A stretch of 64,000 nt of DNA from Gammaproteobacteria bacterium (GCA_050012295.1 JBEKHL010000002.1:11725-75724), one strand, 5' to 3'. Counted from the first letter of the stretch, positions 30,461-39,922 are shown. A program made the numbers and translations. The notes: a model not told the origin generated them from the letters alone.

Positions 30461-30478
30461 AGGTGCATCATAAATAAT

Positions 30479-31042
30479 ATGGAAAATAAATTCAACGAAA
30501 ATACTTCTCATAATTTAATATGGGTTGATTTAGAAATGACTGGGCTTAATCCAGATCAAGATCATATTTTAGAAATAGCGATAGTAATTACTGATCAAAA
30601 CTTAAACATAATTGCGGATGATTTTGATCTAATAATTAAACAACCAACAGAAACTTTAGCCTTAATGAATGAGTGGGTTAAAGAGACTCATAGTAAAAAT
30701 GGGCTATTAAATCTGGTGTTAGATAGTAGTATTGATTTGAAGTCAGCTGAAATTAAAGCGTTAGATTTTATTAAAAAATACGTACCTAAGCACATTTCTC
30801 CAATATGTGGGAATAGCATTTGTTTAGATAGGAGGTTTTTATTTAAACATATGCCAACATTAGAACAATATTTTCATTATCGTAATATCGATGTTAGTAC
30901 AGTAAAAAATTTAGGGCTATATTGGTTTCCAGAAAAGGTTAAAAATTTAAATAAAACTGATAGTGCTCATAGGGCTATAGACGATATTTTACAATCTATT
31001 GCCGAATTACAGTTTTATCGAGATAATTTGTTTTGTAAGTAA
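30479..31042 (+). CDS. orn: Oligoribonuclease
   Basis: 187 aa. DEDDh motifs LIWVDLEMTGL and SAHRAIDDI. Confidence 0.93.
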   Translation: MENKFNENTSHNLIWVDLEMTGLNPDQDHILEIAIVITDQNLNIIADDFDLIIKQPTETLALMNEWVKETHSKNGLLNLVLDSSIDLKSAEIKALDFIKKYVPKHISPICGNSICLDRRFLFKHMPTLEQYFHYRNIDVSTVKNLGLYWFPEKVKNLNKTDSAHRAIDDILQSIAELQFYRDNLFCK

Positions 31043-31062
31043 AAACATCCTAAGATTTTTTT

Positions 31063-31293
31063 ATGGGAAAAATCAAGTCATTTACGACTGACCAATCATG
31101 TCAAGATTATATTAATAATTTATATAAAGATATTTTTTATGATTTAGGCTCCTGGATTGGTAAAGTAGCTTTACAGGTTTTTTTAAAAACATCGGTTAAA
31201 AAAGCGTGCGGTATAGAAGCATCTGATGCTAGGTACAGATGTGCTGAAAAAATTTATAAATCAGTCTCCACAACCATCACCGTATTATTTTAA
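31063..31293 (+). pseudogene. Truncated DOT1-like class I methyltransferase remnant (76 aa)
   Basis: FYDLGSWIGKVALQVFLKTSVKKACGIEASDARYRCAEK aligns by eye with the DOT1 motif-I region (FVDLGSGVGQVVLQVAA..C..GVE..). The second Gly of the GxG is replaced by Trp, and the ORF stops before the rest of the fold. Confidence 0.4.
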
Positions 31294-31446
31294 ATATTTT
31301 AAACAACAATGGTGAAACAGTACCGAGGCGGCGCGGCACAATCAATAATCGTAGTAGTAAATTATTTAGTATATTTTAGGATATCAATTAATTAATTATT
31401 ATTTTAAATTTTTATTAATAAATAAAAATAATAATTAAGGAGATTT

Positions 31447-31902
31447 ATGTCAAAAAAAATAAAAGCATTTTCTTTAATGGAGTTATTAATAGTATTGGCG
31501 ATTATAGGGTTATTAGCTGCAATCGCTATTCCGTTTTATAAAAATTATGTAATTAAAGCAAAAATGGTAGAGTTGTTTATGTTGGCAGATGTTCATAAAT
31601 TAAAATTAGCTGAAAGGTTAATGAATGGAGAGGCGGAGAGTATAAATGTTAATAACGTAATTAATAATCCTAGTGAATTAGTAGAAAAATTAGAATATAT
31701 AAACTTGGAAAATAAAAAATATATTTTAAAATTTACGGTCAATATGAATAATCTAGGGGTAACACCCATTCAAGGTCATCCGTTAATTATTAAATTTGTT
31801 GGAGAAGAAAATAGAGAAGGCAACTTAATGTCCTGGAGTTGTCTACATAATCCTGGTTTTATAGATTTTGTACCAAAAAGCTGTAAAGAAGAAAACGCTT
31901 AA
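31447..31902 (+). CDS. Type IV major pilin (PilA-like)
   Basis: AAGGAG RBS. Class III leader MSKKIKA|FSLMELLIVLAIIGLLAAIAIP, with Ala rather than Gly at -1 and Glu at +5. C-terminal disulfide loop C..NPGFIDFVPKSC. Confidence 0.85.
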   Translation: MSKKIKAFSLMELLIVLAIIGLLAAIAIPFYKNYVIKAKMVELFMLADVHKLKLAERLMNGEAESINVNNVINNPSELVEKLEYINLENKKYILKFTVNMNNLGVTPIQGHPLIIKFVGEENREGNLMSWSCLHNPGFIDFVPKSCKEENA

Positions 31903-32086
31903 TATTTGTATAAATTGTTTGAGCGTGACGGTACACGGTTTGATGGGGATTATCCTACATGTTTTTGCGAGATTTCTGCATGCACAAAAACGAATAGATA
32001 TTTAAAATAGGCCAATAAAATAGTGTATATACCTAAAATAACATAAAAAAAATAATAACAACAATAAAAAAATAATGAGGTATATT

Positions 32087-32377
32087 ATGAAGGAGATTAA
32101 GATCCAAATAAGACATTCTTTTGGTAAAAAACGTTACTGTGTGTCTGCATCTAATAAAGAAATTTATCTCACAGATAAAGAAGCTGGAATCATAAGTTGT
32201 TTAATTAATGGTTTGCGACCAAAAGAAATTGCTTGGGAGTTAACGTCAAGTTTAAATACGGTTAACACGCATTTAGCAAACATTAAAATTAAATTAGGTT
32301 GTGACAGTATTTTTCAGTTGGGTATGGTTTTAGGTAATTGGATTGCTACAGAGGAAAATGTTTTTTCTAATAAATAA
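32087..32377 (+). CDS. Small LuxR-family HTH regulator (solo DNA-binding domain)
   Basis: LTDKEAGIISCLINGLRPKEIAWELTSSLNTVNTHLANIKIKLG matches the LuxR/GerE HTH. ATG at 32087 preferred because GAGG lies 5 nt upstream. Confidence 0.75.
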   Translation: MKEIKIQIRHSFGKKRYCVSASNKEIYLTDKEAGIISCLINGLRPKEIAWELTSSLNTVNTHLANIKIKLGCDSIFQLGMVLGNWIATEENVFSNK

Positions 32378-32425
32378 AGTTATCTAGAGAGGAAATATAA
32401 TATAATTTGGGGTATAATTAATATT

Positions 32426-33892
32426 ATGAATGTAAATGAATTATTAATTAATTTATACAACAAGAAAACTATTGCAGAAATAGAACAGTTAGCGATAACT
32501 GAATTTAAGGTTTCTAGTTTGGATTTAATGCAAAGGGCTGCTAAAGCTTGTGTAGATCAGTTGTTAGAAGATTTTCCAAATGCCCAGAGGTTTATTGTTT
32601 TTTGTGGTGTTGGTAAAAATGCCGCAGATGGAGAACATATTGCAGAACAACTCCAAAATTTAGGAAAAAAAATACAAATAATAAAAGCAACAGAATGGCA
32701 AGAAGATGTAAAGTTAGAAGCAGATGTAATTGTGGATGCTTTATTTGGGGTTGGAATTAATAGAGAATTAGTCGGGGTTTGGCGACAGATAGTAGATAAA
32801 ATTAATAATAGCAAAATTCCTGTATTGTCCATTGATTTACCATCAGGAATAGAGCCTGATACAGGTAAAATTTTAGGATCGGCGGTTAAAGCCAATGTTA
32901 CTATGACTTTCATAGGATTAAAAAAAGGGTTGTTTACTGGAAAAGCTAAAAATTATGGCGGTAATATCAAATTTAACAATCTTGGATTACCTATGGAGGT
33001 ATATAATAATGCTGTTTGTAGTGCCAAGCGGTTAACACGCAAAGATTTTAAAAACCTGTTAACCAAAAGGGAACCAGCGGCCCATAAAGGGGATTTTGGC
33101 AAATTATTAATTTTGGGCGGACAAGATGGAATGACTGGCGCAGCCTTACTAGCTGGTAAAGCAGCATTAAGGACTGGGGTTGGAATAGTATATGTGTTAG
33201 CTAATAGTAAGCAGCCACAAATAGCTCATAATTCTTGTTTAGAAATACAGATCCAAAGTTTTTCTGGAGTTAAACAGATCAAAGAATTATTAGCAAGAGC
33301 TACGGTTTTATTATTAGGTTCTGGTTTAGGGGTAGATCGTAATGCTCAAGTATTTTTTGATAAAGCAATGCAAAGTGATTTACCATTGATTATAGATGCT
33401 GATGGGTTAAATGTTTTGGCTGATAGTATTCAAGAAGGATTCCAACCTGTTAGAGAAAATTGGATCTTAACGCCGCATTCTAAGGAAGCGGCCAGATTAT
33501 TACAAACAGATGTTGCGACTATAGAAGCTAATCGGTTTGCTGCAATAGAACAATTAACAAAAAAATATAAGGCAACGGTAGTTTTAAAAGGAGCTGGGAC
33601 TTTAATTAAAGAATATCGATCTGATAGTAAAAAAAGAGAAGATATTTCCCCGGTTTATGTTTGTGATTTAGGTAATCCTGGAATGGCAACGGCAGGCATG
33701 GGAGATTTATTAGCGGGCATTATAGCAGCTTTAGTTGCGCAAAAACTTAGTTTAAAAGATGCTTGTAATTTAGGGGTTTTTATTCATGCGTTAGCGGGTG
33801 ATATTGTTGCTAGAGATGGACAAAGAGGGATAGTTGCATCAGATTTATTAGGGTTTATTAAGGGAATTGTTAATACTGTTTGTGAAGGTTGA
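32426..33892 (+). CDS. nnr: Bifunctional NAD(P)H-hydrate repair enzyme Nnr (epimerase/dehydratase, YjeF)
   Basis: 488 aa. YjeF_N half, then the carbohydrate-kinase-like half (HKGDFGKLLILGG.., GNPGMATAGMGDLLAG). Confidence 0.9.
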   Translation: MNVNELLINLYNKKTIAEIEQLAITEFKVSSLDLMQRAAKACVDQLLEDFPNAQRFIVFCGVGKNAADGEHIAEQLQNLGKKIQIIKATEWQEDVKLEADVIVDALFGVGINRELVGVWRQIVDKINNSKIPVLSIDLPSGIEPDTGKILGSAVKANVTMTFIGLKKGLFTGKAKNYGGNIKFNNLGLPMEVYNNAVCSAKRLTRKDFKNLLTKREPAAHKGDFGKLLILGGQDGMTGAALLAGKAALRTGVGIVYVLANSKQPQIAHNSCLEIQIQSFSGVKQIKELLARATVLLLGSGLGVDRNAQVFFDKAMQSDLPLIIDADGLNVLADSIQEGFQPVRENWILTPHSKEAARLLQTDVATIEANRFAAIEQLTKKYKATVVLKGAGTLIKEYRSDSKKREDISPVYVCDLGNPGMATAGMGDLLAGIIAALVAQKLSLKDACNLGVFIHALAGDIVARDGQRGIVASDLLGFIKGIVNTVCEG

Positions 33893-33900
33893 TAAACTAA

Positions 33901-34040
33901 GGAGCTGTTCAAGAATAACTTTCCCATTTTAAAAATCAATTAGGCAGCCTGAAAAAATAAAAACATGGTTTTAACGTAACAATATAATGAATGGTGCCTA
34001 AGAGATTTTTAAAATGGGAAAGTTATTCTTGAACAGCTCC
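33901..34040. repeat. Perfect 37-bp inverted repeat (140-nt hairpin) between convergent genes
   Basis: 33901-33937 GGAGCTGTTCAAGAATAACTTTCCCATTTTAAAAATC is the exact reverse complement of 34004-34040. Pairing continues inward (TTAGGCA 33940-33946 with TGCCTAA 33995-34001). No sequence similarity to the 24.1-kb hairpin. Confidence 0.9.
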
Positions 34041-35893
34041 TAAAAAAACAGCTGCAAGCCAATAAATGTAATTATCCAAAAAATAATAGTCATCCAAATT
34101 CCGAATTTCATAAACTCGCTTCCTGAATAACCGCCCGGTCCTGCAATTAAAGTATTTACTTGGTTCGATGATAATATAAAAGTATTAGATGTAGCTAAGG
34201 CAACAGTTAGAGCAAATATTTTAGGATCAGCATTTAAAGTTGTTGCTAATTCTAAGGCTATTGGTACCAATAGAATTGTTGCTCCAACGTTAGAAATTAC
34301 CAATGCCAAACAACTAGCTATAATTGTTAATGCTATCTGGACCATCCATGGAGATATAGTAATATTTACTTGGGTTATTATATTAATGAGCCATTCTGTT
34401 GTCCCAGTAGTTTGCAATACTAACCCTAAGGGGATTAATCCGGCTATTAGAAAAATGGTTTTCCAGCTAACGGCTTTATAGGCTTGATCAATTGAAAGCA
34501 CTCCAGTTGCTATCATCCCAACAGCCCCAATTAAAAACCCTACTGAAATTGGCAGCCAATTAGAGATCACAAAAAAAATTGATAACAAAAAGAAGCTAAT
34601 CGCAAAAGGCATTTTTTTTGGGTAAAATTTGTCTAAAGGATATGAAGTAGTTAATACAAAAAAGTCTGGGTTTTCTTTAAAAGCATTTAATGCCTCCCAG
34701 TTACTAAACATCCCTAAAGTATCGCCGCTACGTAACGTTAAGTGGTTTAACTCTTCGCCACTAGATACGGTATTATTTCTAAATAACGCTAATACTTGAA
34801 GTTTGTGGGTGCGTTTCATGTGTAGTTCTTTAATTTCGGTACCAATTAATTGAGAGCTGGGAGGTATTACTGCTTCGCTTAATCCCGCTTTGGTCGGGTG
34901 TAAAAGTTCTGCAAACACATCTAATTTTGGTAGTATTTTTAGATCGTTATCTTTAGCAAATTGCTTTATTTCATCATAATTACCCATAATGGCAAGAATT
35001 GCATTTGGTTTTATTATGGTTTTTCTTAAAGGAGGGAAAAGATATTCTTGATCTTGCCATATTGCAAGTACAGAAGAATTATTTGGGATGCTTTGTTCTA
35101 ATTGTTTTAGAGTAAAATTAGCTATAAAACTTTTAGAGCTTAATTTTAATTCACATATATCAGTGTCTTTAGAATAAGTTTTTTTAAAATATGCTTTAGT
35201 AGCAGCACTGCTAGCGGTTACAGTAGTGGGTTCATTAGTCTTTAGTTTTTTACTAGCAAAAGATAAATAAATAATGCCACTAATTAGTAACATTATACCA
35301 ATAGGAATTACTTCAAATAGGTGAAATGGTTCAATAGTTTTTTTATGTTGAAAAGTAGCAAATTGATCAATGTTGGCTAATAAACTATTTAACATAATCA
35401 ATGGGGTGGAGCTTACCATAGTTAAAGTGCCACCTAACATGGCGCAAAATGCCATTGGTAATAATAAGAATTTTTTTTCTATACCAGTTCTGGAGGTAAT
35501 TTTAGTAATAGTTGGTAATAAAAGGGCTACTGTTCCAGTAGAGCGCATAAAGCTAGATAATAACCCAGAAGTGATCATCAACAAAAGGTTGATTTTATTT
35601 GGGCGTTCTCTAGCTATTTTTAGTAACCATTTTGCAACTATTAAGCTTATTCCAGAATTTTCTATACCATAACTCATTATCATTATAGAGATTAAAGATA
35701 TTACTGCTTCGCTAGAGAATCCGGAAAAAAGTTGTTCTGGCGGTAAAAGTTTAGTAATACCTATAATTACTAACACTAGTACTGCTACTACGTCTGATCT
35801 TAAAATACGTGAAAAAAATAAAAAAGCAGTGAATATTAAGATAATTAATGACAATAGAATATTTATGTTTATCGTGGATAGTTGCTCTAGCAA
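34040..35893 (-). CDS. SLC13/DASS-type anion permease with central TrkA-C (RCK_C) domains
   Basis: 617 aa, TTG start. TM bundles at both ends flank a soluble ~200-aa region with two RCK_C-like repeats (..RSGDTLGMFS..). Confidence 0.7.
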   Translation of the reverse strand: MLEQLSTININILLSLIILIFTAFLFFSRILRSDVVAVLVLVIIGITKLLPPEQLFSGFSSEAVISLISIMIMSYGIENSGISLIVAKWLLKIARERPNKINLLLMITSGLLSSFMRSTGTVALLLPTITKITSRTGIEKKFLLLPMAFCAMLGGTLTMVSSTPLIMLNSLLANIDQFATFQHKKTIEPFHLFEVIPIGIMLLISGIIYLSFASKKLKTNEPTTVTASSAATKAYFKKTYSKDTDICELKLSSKSFIANFTLKQLEQSIPNNSSVLAIWQDQEYLFPPLRKTIIKPNAILAIMGNYDEIKQFAKDNDLKILPKLDVFAELLHPTKAGLSEAVIPPSSQLIGTEIKELHMKRTHKLQVLALFRNNTVSSGEELNHLTLRSGDTLGMFSNWEALNAFKENPDFFVLTTSYPLDKFYPKKMPFAISFFLLSIFFVISNWLPISVGFLIGAVGMIATGVLSIDQAYKAVSWKTIFLIAGLIPLGLVLQTTGTTEWLINIITQVNITISPWMVQIALTIIASCLALVISNVGATILLVPIALELATTLNADPKIFALTVALATSNTFILSSNQVNTLIAGPGGYSGSEFMKFGIWMTIIFWIITFIGLQLFF

Positions 35894-35931
35894 GGCTGAT
35901 CCTTTTTGTTTATTATACTAAGTATTAATTG

Positions 35932-36609
35932 TTATATATAAGATTTTAATACAAAAACTAGATCCCAAATTTTATGCCCTAGAGATATGCCGATTTTTTC
36001 GAATTTAGTTGTTGGGCGAACAAGGTACGGAGCTGTGTTTTTTGGTTGGTCAAATTCTGGAAAATCGGTCATTATCTTAATAATATAGGCAGCATAAGCA
36101 TCAGAATCCGTTGCAATATGTAGAATACCGTTAATAAGTAGTTTATTTTTGATTATATTTATAAAATCTTTTTGGATGAGACGGCGTTTATGATGTTTTC
36201 GTTTTGGCCATGGATCCGGGAAAAAGATTTGTATTTTAGATATACTGTGGTCATAAATTTTTTGTAATGTTTCTTTAGCTTCTCCGTAAATTATTTTAAT
36301 ATTAGTTAAATTTTTATGTTTTATTTGTTTTATTAAATTTGCTATACCTTTTTTATATAACTCTATTCCAATAAAAGTATATGTAGGCATAGATTCGCAT
36401 AGTGGTAATAATTGTTCACCATTTCCGAAACCGATATCTATTATAGCTTTAGATTGTTTAGTAAAAATATTAGTAAGTTCTTTGGGTAGCAATTGTGTTG
36501 AGGTGAGACAATAATTGGTAAATTCAGTATCTAAAATAAATTTTTGATGGCTAGATATTCTATTTCTTTGCGCAGGAAATTTATTTAAGTTTATTTCGGT
36601 AATGTTCAT
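35932..36609 (-). CDS. trmB: tRNA (guanine46-N7)-methyltransferase
   Basis: Motifs IDIGFGNGEQLL and FFPDPWPKRKHHKRRL. ATG at 36609 preferred over TTG at 36615. Confidence 0.9.
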   Translation of the reverse strand: MNITEINLNKFPAQRNRISSHQKFILDTEFTNYCLTSTQLLPKELTNIFTKQSKAIIDIGFGNGEQLLPLCESMPTYTFIGIELYKKGIANLIKQIKHKNLTNIKIIYGEAKETLQKIYDHSISKIQIFFPDPWPKRKHHKRRLIQKDFINIIKNKLLINGILHIATDSDAYAAYIIKIMTDFPEFDQPKNTAPYLVRPTTKFEKIGISLGHKIWDLVFVLKSYI

Positions 36610-36657
36610 TTTCAATTTTTTTTATGCAATATATAATATTTTGTCTAAACTAAAAAA

Positions 36658-37878
36658 ATGATTAAGCTTTTTAATTTTATTCTTAAATCAATAATAGGGA
36701 TACTATTATTGTTGGCTATTGGTATAGTTAGCATAATAGTATTTGTAAATCCAGGTAATTATAAACCACAGATTAGCTCATTTGTAGAGAAACAAACCGG
36801 ATATCAATTGCACATTGACGGTGATATTAAGTGGTCTTTGCTACCATTTAGTCTTTATATACAAGATATTGTTGTTATGAATAAAACTAGCTTAGAGAAA
36901 TTATTAGAGTCTAAAGAAGCGAGAGTCATTATTAAGCCGATCGACTATATTATGGCTGTGTTTACAAACAAGAAAAAGCAAGCATTTTTATTAAAGCTAA
37001 ATGCTACTGTTTTTTATGGATTAAAAACTAAATTGAATGTAGAAAGTAATATTAATGTTGGTTTAGGCTCATTACAGGTAGATGGTAATGTAAAACTATT
37101 GCCTATAGAATATCAAAATGACACTAAAGCAGTTCCTTTAACTATAGCGTTTACTCTTGATAAAGGGGGCGTATCTATTATTGTTGATGAAAAAAATGTA
37201 GATGTTCAAGTTATAAGTAAAATATTTGTTTCAGAGTCATTATTGTTTGGGGTTGGTAATATTAAAGTTAATTTATCTTCGGCAAGGAACAATAATGAAA
37301 AAGGATTATTAAATAATTTAGCTGGTACTATGGATGTATCGATTAAAGATGGTAAAATAAAAGGGATTGATATTTTTAGTACTTTGGCTCAAGCGGAGAA
37401 CAATTTAAACGCTTTATTTGATACTATGCGAGGGAATGTAAAGCAAGGTATTGATGTTTTATTGTCTAATGACTCTAAGGCTATTAATAATGTATTAGGA
37501 GAAAATTATTTTTCTGGTTTTTCTAGTCTAAAATTACAAGCTTTTTTTAAAGGAGGGGTTGCTAGTCAGTCTACATTGTCATTGCAACATCCATCTTATA
37601 CAGTGCAAGGAGTTGGGTTAATAGATTTACCTAAGAATAATTTGGATTATCAATTTTATGCGGTTTTAAATAAATTTACCAATAATGAACCACAACAGGT
37701 TGCTCAATATGTACATACTGTGCCGTTGTTAATTAAGATTAATGGTCCTATAAATCAACCAGTTTTTTCTATTAATAAAGAAGAGTATTTGCGAGCGGCA
37801 TTGCAAGAGTTACAAAAGAGTTTGTTTAGTGGAGCTGTAGGTGCTTTACTTAAAAAGCCAGACTTTAACGCTGAATAG
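36658..37878 (+). CDS. AsmA-family protein (short form)
   Basis: 406 aa. N-terminal TM anchor followed by the AsmA-like start NPGNYKPQISSFVEKQTGYQLHIDGDIKWSLLPF. Confidence 0.6.
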   Translation: MIKLFNFILKSIIGILLLLAIGIVSIIVFVNPGNYKPQISSFVEKQTGYQLHIDGDIKWSLLPFSLYIQDIVVMNKTSLEKLLESKEARVIIKPIDYIMAVFTNKKKQAFLLKLNATVFYGLKTKLNVESNINVGLGSLQVDGNVKLLPIEYQNDTKAVPLTIAFTLDKGGVSIIVDEKNVDVQVISKIFVSESLLFGVGNIKVNLSSARNNNEKGLLNNLAGTMDVSIKDGKIKGIDIFSTLAQAENNLNALFDTMRGNVKQGIDVLLSNDSKAINNVLGENYFSGFSSLKLQAFFKGGVASQSTLSLQHPSYTVQGVGLIDLPKNNLDYQFYAVLNKFTNNEPQQVAQYVHTVPLLIKINGPINQPVFSINKEEYLRAALQELQKSLFSGAVGALLKKPDFNAE

Positions 37879-37887
37879 ATCTATACC

Positions 37888-37914
37888 GAAAACTCATATG
37901 CATTCAGTATAATT
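37888..37914 (+). promoter_or_regulatory. Conserved motif copy B (GAAAACTCATATGCA-TTCAGTATA-ATT) between convergent asmA-like and comM stops
   Basis: TTCAGTATA core at 37903-37911 with a perfect TATAAT. Points into the 3' end of comM (antisense). Confidence 0.4.
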
Positions 37915-39465
37915 TCATTCGATGATATTACAAAATCTTTGTTCAAAAACAGGCAGTTTATGCAAAGAGATTGCTTCTTGTAAATGGGTTTTGTTAATTT
38001 GTTCGTTAGCTGCTAAGTCAGCAATTGTGCGCGCTATTTTCAAAATACGATAATAACTTCTAGCTGATAATTTTAATTTTTTTATAGCTAATTGCATTAT
38101 GTTGATGCATTCATGATCAAGAGGACAATAAATTTTAATTAGTTTATTGTTTAGAAAAGCATTTAATTTATTTTGTCTGGATATTTGTATGTTGTTTGCT
38201 AGTTCAATATTTTTTTTTATAAATGAAGAATTATAGGGATTTTTAGGTTTGTTAGTACTAGTTAGTAGTTCTGTAGGTACGGTTGGTACTTCTATACATA
38301 GATCTATACGATCTAGCAATGGCCCAGATAATTTTGCTAAATATTTATTAATTTTTTCTTTGGAGCACTGGCATCTAATGTTGGGGTTACCAAGATTACC
38401 GCAAGGACAGGGGTTCATGGCTGCTATTAATTGAAATTGAGCGGGCAATTCTATTTGTTGTTTAGCTCTGGCAATGGCTATTTTCCCTGATTCTATTGGT
38501 TCTCTTAATGCCTCCAAAACATATCGACTAAATTCTGGCAGTTCATCTAAAAATAATATTCCATGGTGTGCTAAAGAAATTTCCCCCGGTTTTGGGATAG
38601 AGCCACCACCTACTAATGCTGCACTAGATATAGTATGATGTGGGGTGCGAAAAGGTCTGTTTTTCCAGCAATGTTCTCGATCTAAACCTTTAAGCGAATA
38701 GATGGCAGATACTTCTAATGCTTGCATAGTAGATAATTCAGGCATAATTGTAGGTAATCTACTAGCTAGCATGGTTTTACCAGTTCCAGGTGGGCCAACC
38801 ATTAATAAATTATGCCCACCAGCAGCGGTTACTTCTAATGCTCGTTTTGCATGCATTTGTCCTTCTATATCAGCTATATCTAAATTATTTGATTGGTTAA
38901 TAACGTAGGGATTATTAATAGGGTTATTTATAATTGGGTTAATAATTTTAGTGTTACGCAAATGTTCGTATACTTCTAATAAATGAGAGGCAGGATATAC
39001 TATATTGTCCCCAATTAAATTGGCCTGGAAAAAATTTTCTTTAGGAATAATTAGATTTCTGCCGGCAGTTTTGGTAGCCATAGCAAAAGGGATCACCCCG
39101 CTAATAGGGCGTAATTTTCCAGTTAGGGCTAATTCGCCAGCAAATTCAAAATTATGTAAACGGCTGGTTTTTAGTTGTTTAGTTGCTGATAAGATCCCTA
39201 TGGCTATTGGTAAATCGAAGCGGCCGCCTTCTTTTGGTAGATCTGCTGGAGCTAAATTAATAATGATTTTATGATTAGTAAATTTTAATCCACTATTAAT
39301 AATAGCGCTTCTAACTCGTTCTTTACTTTCTTTAACAGCAGTTTCTGGGAGGCCTACTATAGTAAATCCTGGCATTCCGTGAGAAATATGAGTTTCTACG
39401 CTTACTAATGGCGCAGAGATACCAACCGATGCTCTACTATATAAAACGGATAATTTAGATTTCAT
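37915..39465 (-). CDS. comM: Mg-chelatase-like AAA+ protein ComM/YifB
   Basis: 516 aa. Lon-like N-domain, Walker A MVGPPGTGKTMLA, Walker B GILFLDELPEF, zinc-ribbon-like CPCGNLGNPNIRCQC. Confidence 0.9.
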   Translation of the reverse strand: MKSKLSVLYSRASVGISAPLVSVETHISHGMPGFTIVGLPETAVKESKERVRSAIINSGLKFTNHKIIINLAPADLPKEGGRFDLPIAIGILSATKQLKTSRLHNFEFAGELALTGKLRPISGVIPFAMATKTAGRNLIIPKENFFQANLIGDNIVYPASHLLEVYEHLRNTKIINPIINNPINNPYVINQSNNLDIADIEGQMHAKRALEVTAAGGHNLLMVGPPGTGKTMLASRLPTIMPELSTMQALEVSAIYSLKGLDREHCWKNRPFRTPHHTISSAALVGGGSIPKPGEISLAHHGILFLDELPEFSRYVLEALREPIESGKIAIARAKQQIELPAQFQLIAAMNPCPCGNLGNPNIRCQCSKEKINKYLAKLSGPLLDRIDLCIEVPTVPTELLTSTNKPKNPYNSSFIKKNIELANNIQISRQNKLNAFLNNKLIKIYCPLDHECINIMQLAIKKLKLSARSYYRILKIARTIADLAANEQINKTHLQEAISLHKLPVFEQRFCNIIE

Positions 39466-39568
39466 AGTATGTAAAATAAATTATTACCGTCTATAAAAAC
39501 ATAGTGTTTTTGTTAAACAATAATTTTTTGTGGATAATTTTAAGAGTTTGAAGTTAATTAAGTAAGAT

Positions 39569-39916
39569 CTATTTGTAAAACACGGCATAGGTGCCTAATA
39601 CTATTAGGGAAAGCCCTATATATTGATTTAGTTTTAGTGATTCTCCCAGATAAAATGTTGAGAAAAATATAAAAACTACCATAGTTATAACTTCCTGGAT
39701 AGTTTTTAATTGTACTACTGAAAAGTATTGATGCCCTATGCGATTAGCGGGGACTTGTAGACAATATTCAAACAGGGCTATTCCCCAGCTGGCTAATATA
39801 ACTATAATTAATGGGTGATTAGCAAATCTAAGGTGCCCATACCAAGCAAAAGTCATAAATACATTAGCAGAAGTAAGCAATCCTATAGTAGTAAATAATA
39901 CAGATATTTTATCCAT
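39569..39916 (-). CDS. Small DMT-superfamily membrane protein (DUF486-like)
   Basis: 115 aa, 4 TM. Motif NVFMTFAWYGHLRF is typical of this family. Confidence 0.7.
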   Translation of the reverse strand: MDKISVLFTTIGLLTSANVFMTFAWYGHLRFANHPLIIVILASWGIALFEYCLQVPANRIGHQYFSVVQLKTIQEVITMVVFIFFSTFYLGESLKLNQYIGLSLIVLGTYAVFYK

Positions 39917-39922
39917 TAATAA

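Noticed and set aside
31325-31350. Sigma-54 promoter upstream of the pilin gene (GGCAC in CGCGGCACAATCAATAATCG)
   Set aside because: A GG is present, but the -12 GC element at the required spacing is missing (TA instead).
32557-32913. ORF 32557-32913 (-)
   Set aside because: Antisense inside nnr.
35370-35672. ORF 35370-35672 (+)
   Set aside because: Antisense inside the DASS permease.
38249-39274. ORFs 38249-38434, 38702-38908 and 39005-39274 (+)
   Set aside because: Antisense inside comM.
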